Origin: a bacterium
GTDB lineage: Bacteria; UBA8248
DNA length: 64,000 bases
Direction of reading: 5' to 3'
Assembly: GCA_965202625.1 (NCBI GenBank)
Contig: CBDBBI010000010.1
Coordinates: forward strand, 192,001 to 256,000
This document shows positions 1-9,185 of the stretch, piece by piece. Every line of letters begins with the position of its first letter. Within the stretch, counting starts at the first letter, position 1. The notes under the pieces were generated by a model. That model was not told where the DNA came from. It was given only the letters and a program-made list of their open reading frames with translations, and did no database searches. A program made the position numbers and the translations under genes.

Positions 1-2
1 AT

Positions 3-365
3 TTGGTGTTCAACCTGTTGTTCTTCTTCGTGGCGTGGATGCTCGTCGTGTTGTTTTTCCGTGTGATGTTCCATTTTTTCTCGACGCCTAAGCCTGAGTT
101 GCTGTCAAGGTTCGGTGGTGGTCTTGTCGGGTGCGCCAAGGGCGTATGCCTTGTCGCCATCGTATTGCTAGGAATTGAGACCTATGCGCCGAGCTATCTC
201 CCCAGGAGTGGAAGAACAGACAAAGTCTTGCCGTATATGCGAGAGGTGAGCGATTACATCGTCAGCCTGAGACTTCTGGACGTTCGAGATAATCTCGATT
301 TTGTCAAGAGGACGAAGCGAGGTGGCGGGGGATGGACGAAGGACAGTCTCGATGATGAAAAATGA
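3..365 (+). CDS. cvpA: CvpA family (colicin V production) membrane protein, 5' truncated by window edge
   Basis: Hydrophobic helices with LLSRFGGGLVGCAKG matching the CvpA 'R.LG...G..KG' signature, followed by a periplasmic segment (S..LPY). Confidence 0.7.
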   Translation: MVFNLLFFFVAWMLVVLFFRVMFHFFSTPKPELLSRFGGGLVGCAKGVCLVAIVLLGIETYAPSYLPRSGRTDKVLPYMREVSDYIVSLRLLDVRDNLDFVKRTKRGGGGWTKDSLDDEK

Positions 366-551
366 AAGCGTGGTCGTACTGATCGGCGGTTTCTCGTCCC
401 GGCTCGTTTTGCGATCTGGTTTCCATGATCGCCACTTGAATCGGATCCAAGGCTCTCGCTTGCCCGGAGGATGATGGTGATGCGCCTCTTAATATTTCTT
501 TTAAGAGATGAAAGATTGCTTTTGACTTCTTCATTATCATGTCCCCTCCCG

Positions 552-1296
552 CTATTCGACAAGAACTAGGCGACGCAAATACCTTCACGCCGTGAAGTCA
601 CTTTCCGGCGTATTGATCCTAGGTTTCTGTTGTTCGTATTTTTGCTCCAGAGTTTTTGAATTTCCTTTTTCTGCCGGTATCAACCGGGTCCGCCCACTCT
701 CTCGACGGTTTTCGATCTCGCTACGTATTCTCTCTCGTTGCCTCGAAAGGTGCCGATCAAGATTTTCTCCTGGATGTCTGCGCGGTCGGTATGCAGCTCG
801 CCATCTGATGCGGGGGTGTGACGATCAGAAAGCCTTCACTCATGTTGCGTTCCCGCAAGTAGTCGATAACGATTTTCGTTGCCGCTTCATAAAACTAGCG
901 CTTTCTCTTCGTCATTGAATAGAACTCGGGTTGTGGCTCACGAACGACGCTCCATTCCTGGACATGGTGCTTTCGGGTGCGGGTTACGGCGTGGCCCACA
1001 ACAGGTTGACGGTTTCTCATCGATCACCCACGAGCAGATCGATGAGAGGTTTCTCGCTTCCCTTGTCTGGCAGTGGCAGAAAACGTGTAAGTTTCGCGGT
1101 GTTAGAGGTCTCGTTCTCATTATCTCATCCACTAGGGGGCCGCAGACCTTGAGCGCTTGCAATGACGGCGAACCTCCGGGCATGGGCTTGTTCATCTTGC
1201 AGTATTTTCAAGGTTTCCTTCTGTCAATGCGCCGATCCGCGTAGGATCGCGAATCACGCGAACGCGCATTCCGGGTTTCAGCTTCTCCTCATTCAA
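552..1296 (-). pseudogene. Highly decayed, internally deleted SNF2-family helicase remnant
   Basis: Minus-strand pieces in different frames: N-terminal LNEEKLKPGMRVRVIRDPTRIGALT; central RTRKHHVQEWSVVREPQPEFYSMTKRKR*FYEAATKIVIDYLRERNMSEGFLIVTPPHQMASCIP; C-terminal DRADIQEK..LDRHLSRQRERIRSEIENRRESGRTRLIPAEKG..LVLVE*. From memory these resemble the N-terminal, middle and C-terminal parts of ~1000 aa SNF2-related helicases. Lower GC than flanks. Confidence 0.55.
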
Positions 1297-1301
1297 CTGT
1301 T

Positions 1302-1871
1302 TTATTCTTGTCGCGCCCGCCAGCAAGCCGGATCGTGGCGCTCGGGTATCCGGCCTACGCTTTCGAGGTAGGCTTCGGTGATCTTGGGACCTATGAACGT
1401 GAACTCTTTGCGAAATATCTTTTGGAGCGTGGGCAAATCGTCGGGCAGGGAGGCGAGATAGCGGTTGAACGAGCCATATCCCTCTTGAATGGTCAGAAAT
1501 TTTTTGGCGTTCTTGATGGCCGCCTCGATTTTCTTGCGATTGCGCACGACGGCCGGATTGTTCATGATGCGCGTGACGTCTTCATCCGTGAAGCGGGCGA
1601 CTTCCTCGGGCAAGAACCCAAGGAACTCTTCCCTGAACGCCGCGCGCTTGTGAAGTATAGTGCGCCAGGACAGACCCGCCTGAAAAATCTCGAGCGTTAA
1701 TTGCTCAAAGTGTTTTTGGTTCTTGCGGACGGGAAACCCCCACTCCTCGTCGTGATATTTTTCCATCACCGGGTCGCCCTCGGCCCATGCGCACCTTCTG
1801 GGGTTGGAGGGGATGTCTTTTCGCGTTCTTGAAGGAATATTTTCTCGCTTAGGTGAACCTAGAGGGGCCAT
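1302..1871 (-). CDS. tag: DNA-3-methyladenine glycosylase I
   Basis: RCAW..YHDEEWGFP, FEQLTLEIFQAGLSW.TIL.KR..FR..F, RNRKKIEA.I.NA, and C-terminal H..C zinc ligands. Confidence 0.93.
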   Translation of the reverse strand: MAPLGSPKRENIPSRTRKDIPSNPRRCAWAEGDPVMEKYHDEEWGFPVRKNQKHFEQLTLEIFQAGLSWRTILHKRAAFREEFLGFLPEEVARFTDEDVTRIMNNPAVVRNRKKIEAAIKNAKKFLTIQEGYGSFNRYLASLPDDLPTLQKIFRKEFTFIGPKITEAYLESVGRIPERHDPACWRARQE

Positions 1872-2545
1872 TTTTCCAGGTTCCAGCTCATGTCCCAGAA
1901 AAGGTATTCATATCTCGTGCCCGTCAAAAAACGCGCCCGCATGCGCTCCCACTCGGCCGGGCACGCCGTGGACGCGGTCTCATCGAGCATTTCGCGCAGC
2001 CAGCGGGCGAGCTGCGCGAATTCGTCCGAAGCATAGGTTTCTATCCATTCGGCGTGGAGCGGCGCGTTTTCGGGGATGCCCCCCAAGGCGAGCTGCTCGC
2101 CGATGATCGCGTAATCCCATTGGCAGGGGAGCATGGCGGCGGCGATTTCTCCAAACGTGCCTGAAAAAGCCGCCTCCAGCAGAAAATCGGTGTACGCCTT
2201 GCACGTAGGCGCAGACTTTGTCGCCTCGATCTCCTCATCCGGGATGCCGAATTTCGCGGCGAACCCCCGGTGTAGCGCCATCTCTGTGTTCAGCGTGGCG
2301 TTCAGCAGGTCGGCGAAACGTCCCATCTCCTCCAGACGAGGTGCCTTCACGACGGCCAGAGCAATGACGCGGCTGTATTCCTTCAAGAAGACGTAGTCCT
2401 GGCACATGTAGAAGCGAAATTGCGTCATCGACAGCGTGCCGTCCCCGATGCCTCGGACGAAGGGATGCGCATGGATCTTTTCCCAGAGCGGCTCCGCCTC
2501 AGCGCGAAGGGCCTCGCTTATCTTCGTTTTAGGTTCAGAAGCCAA
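1859..2545 (-). CDS. tenA: Thiaminase II / TenA
   Basis: HPFVRGIGDGTL, FRFY..QD..FL, E..LH, catalytic LPC.W.Y, WIETY, E..FWDM. Confidence 0.93.
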   Translation of the reverse strand: MASEPKTKISEALRAEAEPLWEKIHAHPFVRGIGDGTLSMTQFRFYMCQDYVFLKEYSRVIALAVVKAPRLEEMGRFADLLNATLNTEMALHRGFAAKFGIPDEEIEATKSAPTCKAYTDFLLEAAFSGTFGEIAAAMLPCQWDYAIIGEQLALGGIPENAPLHAEWIETYASDEFAQLARWLREMLDETASTACPAEWERMRARFLTGTRYEYLFWDMSWNLEKWPL

Positions 2546-2552
2546 GACGACC

Positions 2553-2885
2553 TCAAAGATTGTCGAGGATTTTCTTTGAGCGGCCCTTCTCTAGGACTTC
2601 GCCGAAAGAATCGCCCAGGTCGACGCCCAGCTGCTGGGCGCGTTTTTGCGCCCAAAGCCCGATGTTGCGGTCGTCCTTGTAGAAAGAGCCGTCTTGTGGT
2701 TGGGAGGGGTCGAACCCCTCAAGCCGCTGGGCTTCGGTCTGATGAGAGGAGAAGCGCGACATGATTTTTCGCAGCCTCCCTCTCCCGCAGGCCCGGCAGA
2801 CGAGTTTTCGCCGATCCGATGGCCTCATCACCAAGTGGCCGGAGATAAAGCCGCATTCTTTGCATTCATACTCATATATCGGCAT
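2553..2885 (-). CDS. FmdB family zinc-ribbon protein
   Basis: MPIYEYECKECG ... C..CG...L.KIMS signature. Confidence 0.85.
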   Translation of the reverse strand: MPIYEYECKECGFISGHLVMRPSDRRKLVCRACGRGRLRKIMSRFSSHQTEAQRLEGFDPSQPQDGSFYKDDRNIGLWAQKRAQQLGVDLGDSFGEVLEKGRSKKILDNL

Positions 2886-4161
2886 TGTCTGAATCCCTCG
2901 TCTCCACCTCGGCGCCCAACGACGCCACGCGCTCGCAAAAATCAGGAAAAGTTATCGACATGGCTTCGGCAGTGTCGACCGATACCCCTTCTGGGGCGGC
3001 GAGACCGGCTACGGCGGCGGACATGACGACGCGATGATCGCCAAAGCCATGGGCCGTCCCGCCCCGCAGTCCGCCCCCTTTGATGATGACGCCGTCCGCC
3101 AGTTCCTTCGCCTCTCCGCCCAGGGATTCGAGGACAGATCGCATGGCGGAGATTCTGTCGGTTTCTTTGATGCGGGCTTGGGGGACGTTCGCGAGTCTGG
3201 TCTCTCCTTCGGCGAACCCACCGAGAATGGCCATGATGGGCAGCAGATCGGGCGTGGCGTTCAAGTCGAATTCTCCGCCGCGCAGCCCGCTCCCGCGCAC
3301 TCTGACTCCAGCCTCCGTGATGAGAACGTCCGCGCCCATCTCCTCCAGGAACTGGAGAATTTTCTTGTCTCCTTGTGGGTCGCTCATATCTAGACCCTCT
3401 AGCGTCACGTCGCCGCCCGGCAGCGCTCCCGCTGCTGCAAGGAAGGCGGCGGAACTCCAGTCGGCGGGCACGGTGATCTCGAACCCGGAAAGCGTCTGAC
3501 CTCCCGGAATGAGGAACTTCCGGTACTCGTCCCGCTCGTATCTCAGGCCCAGACGATCGAGCCACCAGAGCGTCATCTCGACATAGGGACGCTCATTGAG
3601 ATGGATCGGCTTGATGACGCTTGTATTCTCGCCAAAAGGCGCGTTCAACAACAAGGAGGACGTGAACTGGCTCGTCGTGCCGTCCACCATCGTCTGGCCG
3701 CCGCGCCATGGGCCGCTCACCGTGGCGGGCAGTCGGCCACCCTTGCTGGACCACGTGGTCGCGCCCAGGTTGGTGAGCGCGTCAAGCAGAGGCCCCATCG
3801 GACGTTTTCGGGTCTGGGAGTCGCCGTCGAAGTGGGTTTTCCCCTCTTGCATGAGGGCGGCGGAGCCGAGTGCCATCCGGCAGGTGGTTCCAGAATTGCC
3901 CACGTCGAGAACCCCGCGCGGCTCTTTGGGTTGAGCGCAAAAGCCCTTCACGCGCCAAACCTTCTCTGCCTTGTGAATGGCGGCACCGAGACTCTCGTAG
4001 ACCGTGGCCGCCGAGAGGCCGTCCTCAGAGTCTAGGGGGTTGAAAATCGCGCTCTCGCCAGAGGCGAGGGATGCGAGAGCGACGGCACGGATGGAGTGGG
4101 ATTTGGATCCGGGAACGCCGGTGGTTCCCTTCGTCTTTGAGGGTTTGATCGACAGTATCAT
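2872..4161 (-). CDS. aroA: 3-phosphoshikimate 1-carboxyvinyltransferase (EPSP synthase)
   Basis: PGSKS, GNSGTT.R, RPM..L, SQFTSSLL, D.SSAAF, KETDRI, DHR..M motifs. Confidence 0.96.
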   Translation of the reverse strand: MILSIKPSKTKGTTGVPGSKSHSIRAVALASLASGESAIFNPLDSEDGLSAATVYESLGAAIHKAEKVWRVKGFCAQPKEPRGVLDVGNSGTTCRMALGSAALMQEGKTHFDGDSQTRKRPMGPLLDALTNLGATTWSSKGGRLPATVSGPWRGGQTMVDGTTSQFTSSLLLNAPFGENTSVIKPIHLNERPYVEMTLWWLDRLGLRYERDEYRKFLIPGGQTLSGFEITVPADWSSAAFLAAAGALPGGDVTLEGLDMSDPQGDKKILQFLEEMGADVLITEAGVRVRGSGLRGGEFDLNATPDLLPIMAILGGFAEGETRLANVPQARIKETDRISAMRSVLESLGGEAKELADGVIIKGGGLRGGTAHGFGDHRVVMSAAVAGLAAPEGVSVDTAEAMSITFPDFCERVASLGAEVETRDSDNADI

Positions 4162-4173
4162 GGCGGGTGCTTT

Positions 4174-4536
4174 TTAGAGGTTGTCGCTCAGATAGCGGCC
4201 GAGCGCGTCGCGAGAGTGTTCATCTTCATGGCATTCCACGCATAGGTTCTCCCAGTTGCGGCCGTCTGGAGGGTTGTTCTTATGGTCGCCGTCTCGGTGG
4301 TGGACAGTCAAGCTGTGGAGGTTGTTTTCATCAAAGTCCCGGCTGCATTTGGCGCAAAACCAACCGTGAATTTTAAGCGACTTTCGTCGGTAATCCGCCG
4401 CGCTCTTGCCCACGACCGCCGAAGACTTGAGGCGCGCAGCCACCTGTTTGGCGTTTTCGCCGGAATCAGCGGGGGGGCGAGAGACCCTCTCTCGTCCGGG
4501 GCGGCGTTTTTTCGCCCTGAATCTGATTCTCGCCAT
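4174..4536 (-). CDS. yajD: YajD family HNH nuclease
   Basis: YR..SLKI.GW.CAKC.R.F...NL..LTVHHRDG.H.NNPPDG.NWENLC..CH..EHSR. Confidence 0.88.
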   Translation of the reverse strand: MARIRFRAKKRRPGRERVSRPPADSGENAKQVAARLKSSAVVGKSAADYRRKSLKIHGWFCAKCSRDFDENNLHSLTVHHRDGDHKNNPPDGRNWENLCVECHEDEHSRDALGRYLSDNL

Positions 4537-4664
4537 CAAGTCAACCTCCCGTGCGCACGTCTCATCCTAGCAAATCGCGTTATAATGGGAAAGATGAGAG
4601 GCTATCTTTCATCCTAGTGGGAGAGAGCGCGGGTGCTCGCGCGTCCGGGCCGAGGAGAGCCTGA

Positions 4665-5288
4665 ATGAGGAGATTGCGGGGTCGCTGGTGGAAATGGTTG
4701 ATTTTCATCATGGCCTTATCTCCACTCGTCGGAGTCGGCGGGCTGTATGGGATTCGCGCCGTGGAATCCTACGATCCCTTTTGTACGGCCTGCCACTTGC
4801 AGGATCATCGGGATTATCTCGATGACGGAGCGCGTTCAAGGGAGCGGGTAAGGACGTTGGCCGGATGGCACGTGAGCGCGGGCGAGGTGAGGTGCATATC
4901 CTGTCATGGAGAGGAAGGGATTGGGGGGATGATTCGGACGACGATTTTGGCGAACAAGGACCTCTACAAATTCCTGATCGGCGATTTCGAGCAGCCCTCG
5001 CGCGTGTTTCATCCCATCCTCGATAAGGACTGCACGAAGTGCCATGACGAGGAGCGTCTCTTGGAGTTGGCTGACGGCGCGTTCCATGCCATCACGGATC
5101 ACGCGGAGCTCAAGGCGAACTGCGTGGAATGCCACAATGGTCACCGAATGGGCGGTGCGAGGGAAAAGGGGTTCATGGTGGCGGCGACGGCGCAGCCTCG
5201 TTGTGACGTCTGTCACGACGAACTGGAGCAAAAGGTGGATTTGGAGACGCTGGATCCGTTTCCCCGAAGCGGAGAATCTGATAGTTGA
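4665..5288 (+). CDS. Membrane-anchored pentaheme c-type cytochrome (NapC/NirT-like N-terminus)
   Basis: N-terminal TM helix then five CxxCH motifs (CTACH, CISCH, CTKCH, CVECH, CDVCH); RBS GAGGAG upstream. Confidence 0.85.
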   Translation: MRRLRGRWWKWLIFIMALSPLVGVGGLYGIRAVESYDPFCTACHLQDHRDYLDDGARSRERVRTLAGWHVSAGEVRCISCHGEEGIGGMIRTTILANKDLYKFLIGDFEQPSRVFHPILDKDCTKCHDEERLLELADGAFHAITDHAELKANCVECHNGHRMGGAREKGFMVAATAQPRCDVCHDELEQKVDLETLDPFPRSGESDS

Positions 5289-5324
5289 GGGTGGCGGCTC
5301 ACCTGGGTTTTCACCTCTTGCCTG

Positions 5325-6242
5325 ATGTCCGAAACAGGGCGGGTTTGGGGAAAGAATGAGGAAACGTTGCGATTTTTTGTCTTGATTTTTGCCGTCACCT
5401 TTCTTTGGGGTTTGAGTTTTCCCGCGGCCAAGATTGGGCTGCGCGGCGTGGAGCCTTTCACGTTTCTCTGGCTGAGGAGCCTGATCTCGGCCGCGAGCGT
5501 TCTTCTGATCATGATCGCAAGAAAAATGCCCGTTCTGCCCCCGCGCCCCGGAGGCGGGAGAGAGAACGGCGACTTCTGGATCAACGCCTGTCTGCATAAT
5601 CTCATGTTTCTCACCTATTATCATGGCGTGGACTACACTACGGCCGGGCGTGCATCCTTATTCCTCTACGCTCAGCCTCTTTTCCTTACAGCGCTCGCCG
5701 CGTGGATTCTGCCTCAGGAGAGAGTGGGGCTTCGCGCCGTTTCCGGCTTCATAGGCGCGAGTCTGGGCATGGTTCTCCTGTTTGGCGACAAACTCTCTTC
5801 ATCTGGCGGCTCCACCTGGTTCGGGGACTTCGTCGTCATTCTGGCGGCTGCTTTGTGGGCGATTCAGTCGATTTTCCTGAAAACGAGGCTCAGAAGTTTT
5901 GACGTCTTTAGAATCACGGCCTGGACCCAGCTTCTGGCCGTGCCCCCGTTTTTTCTCATCGCCTCTCTCCTGGGGGAACCCTGGCCCGACCTTTCAGACC
6001 CCAACGTGTTCACGGGTGTGGGCTATAACGGCCTCATCGGCACCGGACTCGCCATGATCCCCTGGCTGTGGTTGCTGAAGGACTACCCGGCGGGCCGCGT
6101 GAGCGCGTTCATGTTCCTGACGCCCGTCTTCGGGGTTTTTCTAGGTGCTTTGCTGCTCTCGGAGCCCTTGACGTTTCTCATGCTTGGCGGGGCGATTTTG
6201 ATTTCAGCCGGAATTTACCTCGTCAATTCGGATTCGAAATGA
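5325..6242 (+). CDS. DMT/EamA family transporter
   Basis: About 10 TM helices, WG.SF.A.K, two EamA repeats, FLTPVFGV..G..LL.E motif. Confidence 0.9.
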   Translation: MSETGRVWGKNEETLRFFVLIFAVTFLWGLSFPAAKIGLRGVEPFTFLWLRSLISAASVLLIMIARKMPVLPPRPGGGRENGDFWINACLHNLMFLTYYHGVDYTTAGRASLFLYAQPLFLTALAAWILPQERVGLRAVSGFIGASLGMVLLFGDKLSSSGGSTWFGDFVVILAAALWAIQSIFLKTRLRSFDVFRITAWTQLLAVPPFFLIASLLGEPWPDLSDPNVFTGVGYNGLIGTGLAMIPWLWLLKDYPAGRVSAFMFLTPVFGVFLGALLLSEPLTFLMLGGAILISAGIYLVNSDSK

Positions 6243-6560
6243 CCCATGCCAGGAAGCGCTTGCTGCTCCCGAGAGGTGTATCGGCAAGCCGACAGGTTTC
6301 CTCATTCTTGATGCTGAGGCCCATTCCCCCCCTGCTCCATTGAGAGGGTAGAACATATTTTATTTTTCTATCCTATTGTATTTCAGAGGGATAGGTGAGG
6401 AGGGATTTCCGAGCCAGCCTAAATTGAGTAACTAGGGATTGTTATCAAAGGTTGAGTGGAATAAGGTATCCTAATGATTCCGATGTCAAAAATGGACTAG
6501 GAAGCTTCAAAGCTTGCGAGTCTCTCCTTCACGTTCGCTGGGGCAAGAGGAACAAGGCTT

Positions 6561-9185
6561 ATGTCATTCACTCCAATAAAAAAAATGATGGATCGCGTTC
6601 GAACCAATGGAAATGCCTCCGATTACGAGCTGTTTCACAAGCTTCTTTACGCAGGCGAATTTATAGCAAAAATAACCATTGCAGCCTTTGTCGCCTTGAT
6701 TGACGACGATCGAGACAACCATCGCTACAGGTGCGAGCATAGGCTCGTGAGAGCGGATGGAATTGGAGAGTGGGCAAAAAGCATTTCTGAAATCTGTACC
6801 GGACCAACATCGCAACACCTCTCTCCTTCGATTCGGGACGCACAGCGTGTTTTCACAGAACGAGTCGGAAAAGGAAAAGATAAGTGGCAATATGAAGTCG
6901 TAGAAACCGTGCACGAAGTTTTGTCTGATATTAATCGTGATACTTCCCCGATAGAAAAAAAAGTCAGACTTCTCGCTTGGTTCATGAAGTTTGTTGAACT
7001 GCGGAATAAAACCCGGGGTCATGGGGCACCCACAACCACTAAGTGCAAGAAACTTGTCCCGAAACTTCAAAGATCGATTGAGTTGCTGATTGCCAATAAT
7101 CCTTTCTTTAACCTGCCATGGGCTTATCTTCATCGAAATCTTTCAGGAAAATATAGAGTTGTTACGCTTGGGGGTGATGAATCTCATTTTTCGGAATTAA
7201 AGACCGCCGCGGCCTTAAAAGGAGAGAAAAAAGGAGAGAATTATCCAGATGGCATTTATTTGTGGGTCGAAAAACCAAGAGCAGTTTCTCTTCTGAAAAG
7301 CGATCCTGATACTACCGACTTCTTTGTTCCGAATGGTGCGTTCAATGGAAGAAAAAGAACCTACGAACTCCACTCACCCATTACCGACGATCGCAGCAAA
7401 GGAGACGCGAATCTGTATCTTAAACCCCCGTCGAACAGGCCGCCTAGTGAAACAGAAGGGTTGGGGGAGCTAGACATTATTGGAAAAGTATTTACTAACC
7501 TGCCAGCAGCTCCGGTCGGTTACGTTAGGCGTCCCCAGCTCGAAGAGGAAGTAAGGGATAAATTCATCAATGACCGTCATTCGATTGTGACACTTGTTGG
7601 TCGCGGTGGCATCGGCAAGACATCACTTGCGCTCATCGTATTGCATGAAATCGCTAAAACGGACCTATACGCAGTGATAGTTTGGTTTAGCGCGAGAGAC
7701 ATTGACTTAACTGAAACCGGTCCCAAGGTCGTTAAACCCAAGACTTTAACCGCAAAGGATATTGAAGAAGAATATAGAGATTTGGTTACCCCACTTGGTT
7801 CTGATTTCAGCAACGGTAATATGTCAAAACATATGCACGAGTCTCCGCACGGTGGTCCGATATTATTCGTTTTTGACAATTTTGAAACAGTCCGCCCTCC
7901 GATTGATATTTACAACTGGATCGATATGAACATCAGACTGCCGAACAAGGCCGTCATCACTACGCGTTACCGAGATTTCAAAGCTGATTTCCCCATTGAA
8001 GTATCCGGCATGGAGTATAATGAGGCGAAGGAACTCATTGAGCAAACTGCCAAGAAGCTTAACATTGAAGGAATAGTTGGCACTGAACAAATTGATCAAG
8101 TCATTGAAGGTTCAAACAGACACCCATATGTGATCAAGATTATTCTTGGAGAAATGGCGGATAGCCGTGAATTCAGTAAACCGAAAAGGGTGTTGGCCCG
8201 TAAAAACGATATTTTGGACGCTTTGTTCGAGCGAACCTATAGCAATTTGTCCCCACTTGCGAATCGTATTTTCCTTACCCTCAGTGGATGGCGATCTCTT
8301 GTGCCCCAGCTTGCGGTGGAGGCTGTGCTCCATTGGCGCAATTCGAATGAAGATGTTGATCCAGAAGCAGCGATCGATGAACTTGTACGTATGTCTTTAA
8401 TTGAACGAACAGTAGCAGAGGACGAAACCGATTTTCTTGGGGTGCCGATTACAGCAGCATTGTTCGGCAGCAAGAAGCTTGAAGTTAGCCCCTCTCATGA
8501 GTTGATTCGAAATGACATCCAGTTTCTGCGATATTTTGGACCCACGGCCACTATTAATTTGAACAAAGGTAGTTATCCGCGTATTCAATCTATTTTTAAG
8601 AAAATCTCTAATCAGATCAGCGAGAAAAGCGTTTCTTTGGAAGAAATGCGACCAATGCTGGAGTTCATAGCAAAACATTACCATCAAGCTTGGTTGCTAT
8701 TTGCTGATCTTGAGAACGAGGCAGGCGATGAACCGGAAAATGAAGCTGAATATATTCAACGTTTTCTTGAACAGAGTCCATCCAGTGAAGAAGCCCATAA
8801 GGCATGGATGCGCCTCGTTTCCCTCTACCGCACAATGGGTGGCGTCGATGGTGTTGTTGGAAGCTGTAGTGCTTTCTTAAGTGCTGCTAAGATTTTAGAG
8901 CCGGACATTGATGATGTCAGCCGCATGGCAAATTATGTGAACAGCGATCGAGAAATCATTGATGGGATGGATGCTGACCAACGTAGCGCATTGCTAAAGC
9001 CACTTGCATCTCTTATGGAAAAACATCGGCAAAGTCTTTCTGCGACCGATTTGTCGCGGCTTGCATGGTTGTATCTTCACTCAGGAGAAAAAGAATGTGC
9101 GCGCCATCTGGCAGAATTAGGTTTAGAAAAAGATCCAGATAATGCGCATTGTCAGCGTCTTTATGAGAGGCTGAAATTAGAATAA
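6561..9185 (+). CDS. STAND/NB-ARC NTPase with N-terminal putative effector domain (HEPN-like motif) and C-terminal helical/TPR-like region
   Basis: Walker [10 protein letters not shown], Walker [10 protein letters not shown], sensor-1 VITTR, YV.R motif upstream of Walker A; [10 protein letters not shown] in the N-terminus; TPR-like C-terminus (LAWLYL..G....AR..AE.GL..DPDN). Clearly AT-richer than host genes. Confidence 0.85.
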   Translation: MSFTPIKKMMDRVRTNGNASDYELFHKLLYAGEFIAKITIAAFVALIDDDRDNHRYRCEHRLVRADGIGEWAKSISEICTGPTSQHLSPSIRDAQRVFTERVGKGKDKWQYEVVETVHEVLSDINRDTSPIEKKVRLLAWFMKFVELRNKTRGHGAPTTTKCKKLVPKLQRSIELLIANNPFFNLPWAYLHRNLSGKYRVVTLGGDESHFSELKTAAALKGEKKGENYPDGIYLWVEKPRAVSLLKSDPDTTDFFVPNGAFNGRKRTYELHSPITDDRSKGDANLYLKPPSNRPPSETEGLGELDIIGKVFTNLPAAPVGYVRRPQLEEEVRDKFINDRHSIVTLVGRGGIGKTSLALIVLHEIAKTDLYAVIVWFSARDIDLTETGPKVVKPKTLTAKDIEEEYRDLVTPLGSDFSNGNMSKHMHESPHGGPILFVFDNFETVRPPIDIYNWIDMNIRLPNKAVITTRYRDFKADFPIEVSGMEYNEAKELIEQTAKKLNIEGIVGTEQIDQVIEGSNRHPYVIKIILGEMADSREFSKPKRVLARKNDILDALFERTYSNLSPLANRIFLTLSGWRSLVPQLAVEAVLHWRNSNEDVDPEAAIDELVRMSLIERTVAEDETDFLGVPITAALFGSKKLEVSPSHELIRNDIQFLRYFGPTATINLNKGSYPRIQSIFKKISNQISEKSVSLEEMRPMLEFIAKHYHQAWLLFADLENEAGDEPENEAEYIQRFLEQSPSSEEAHKAWMRLVSLYRTMGGVDGVVGSCSAFLSAAKILEPDIDDVSRMANYVNSDREIIDGMDADQRSALLKPLASLMEKHRQSLSATDLSRLAWLYLHSGEKECARHLAELGLEKDPDNAHCQRLYERLKLE

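Noticed and set aside
304-540. Small minus-strand ORF with a good RBS (MIMKKSKAIFHLLKEIL...)
   Set aside because: No recognisable motif and it overlaps the cvpA 3' end convergently; may be a remnant downstream of the decayed helicase but cannot be supported.
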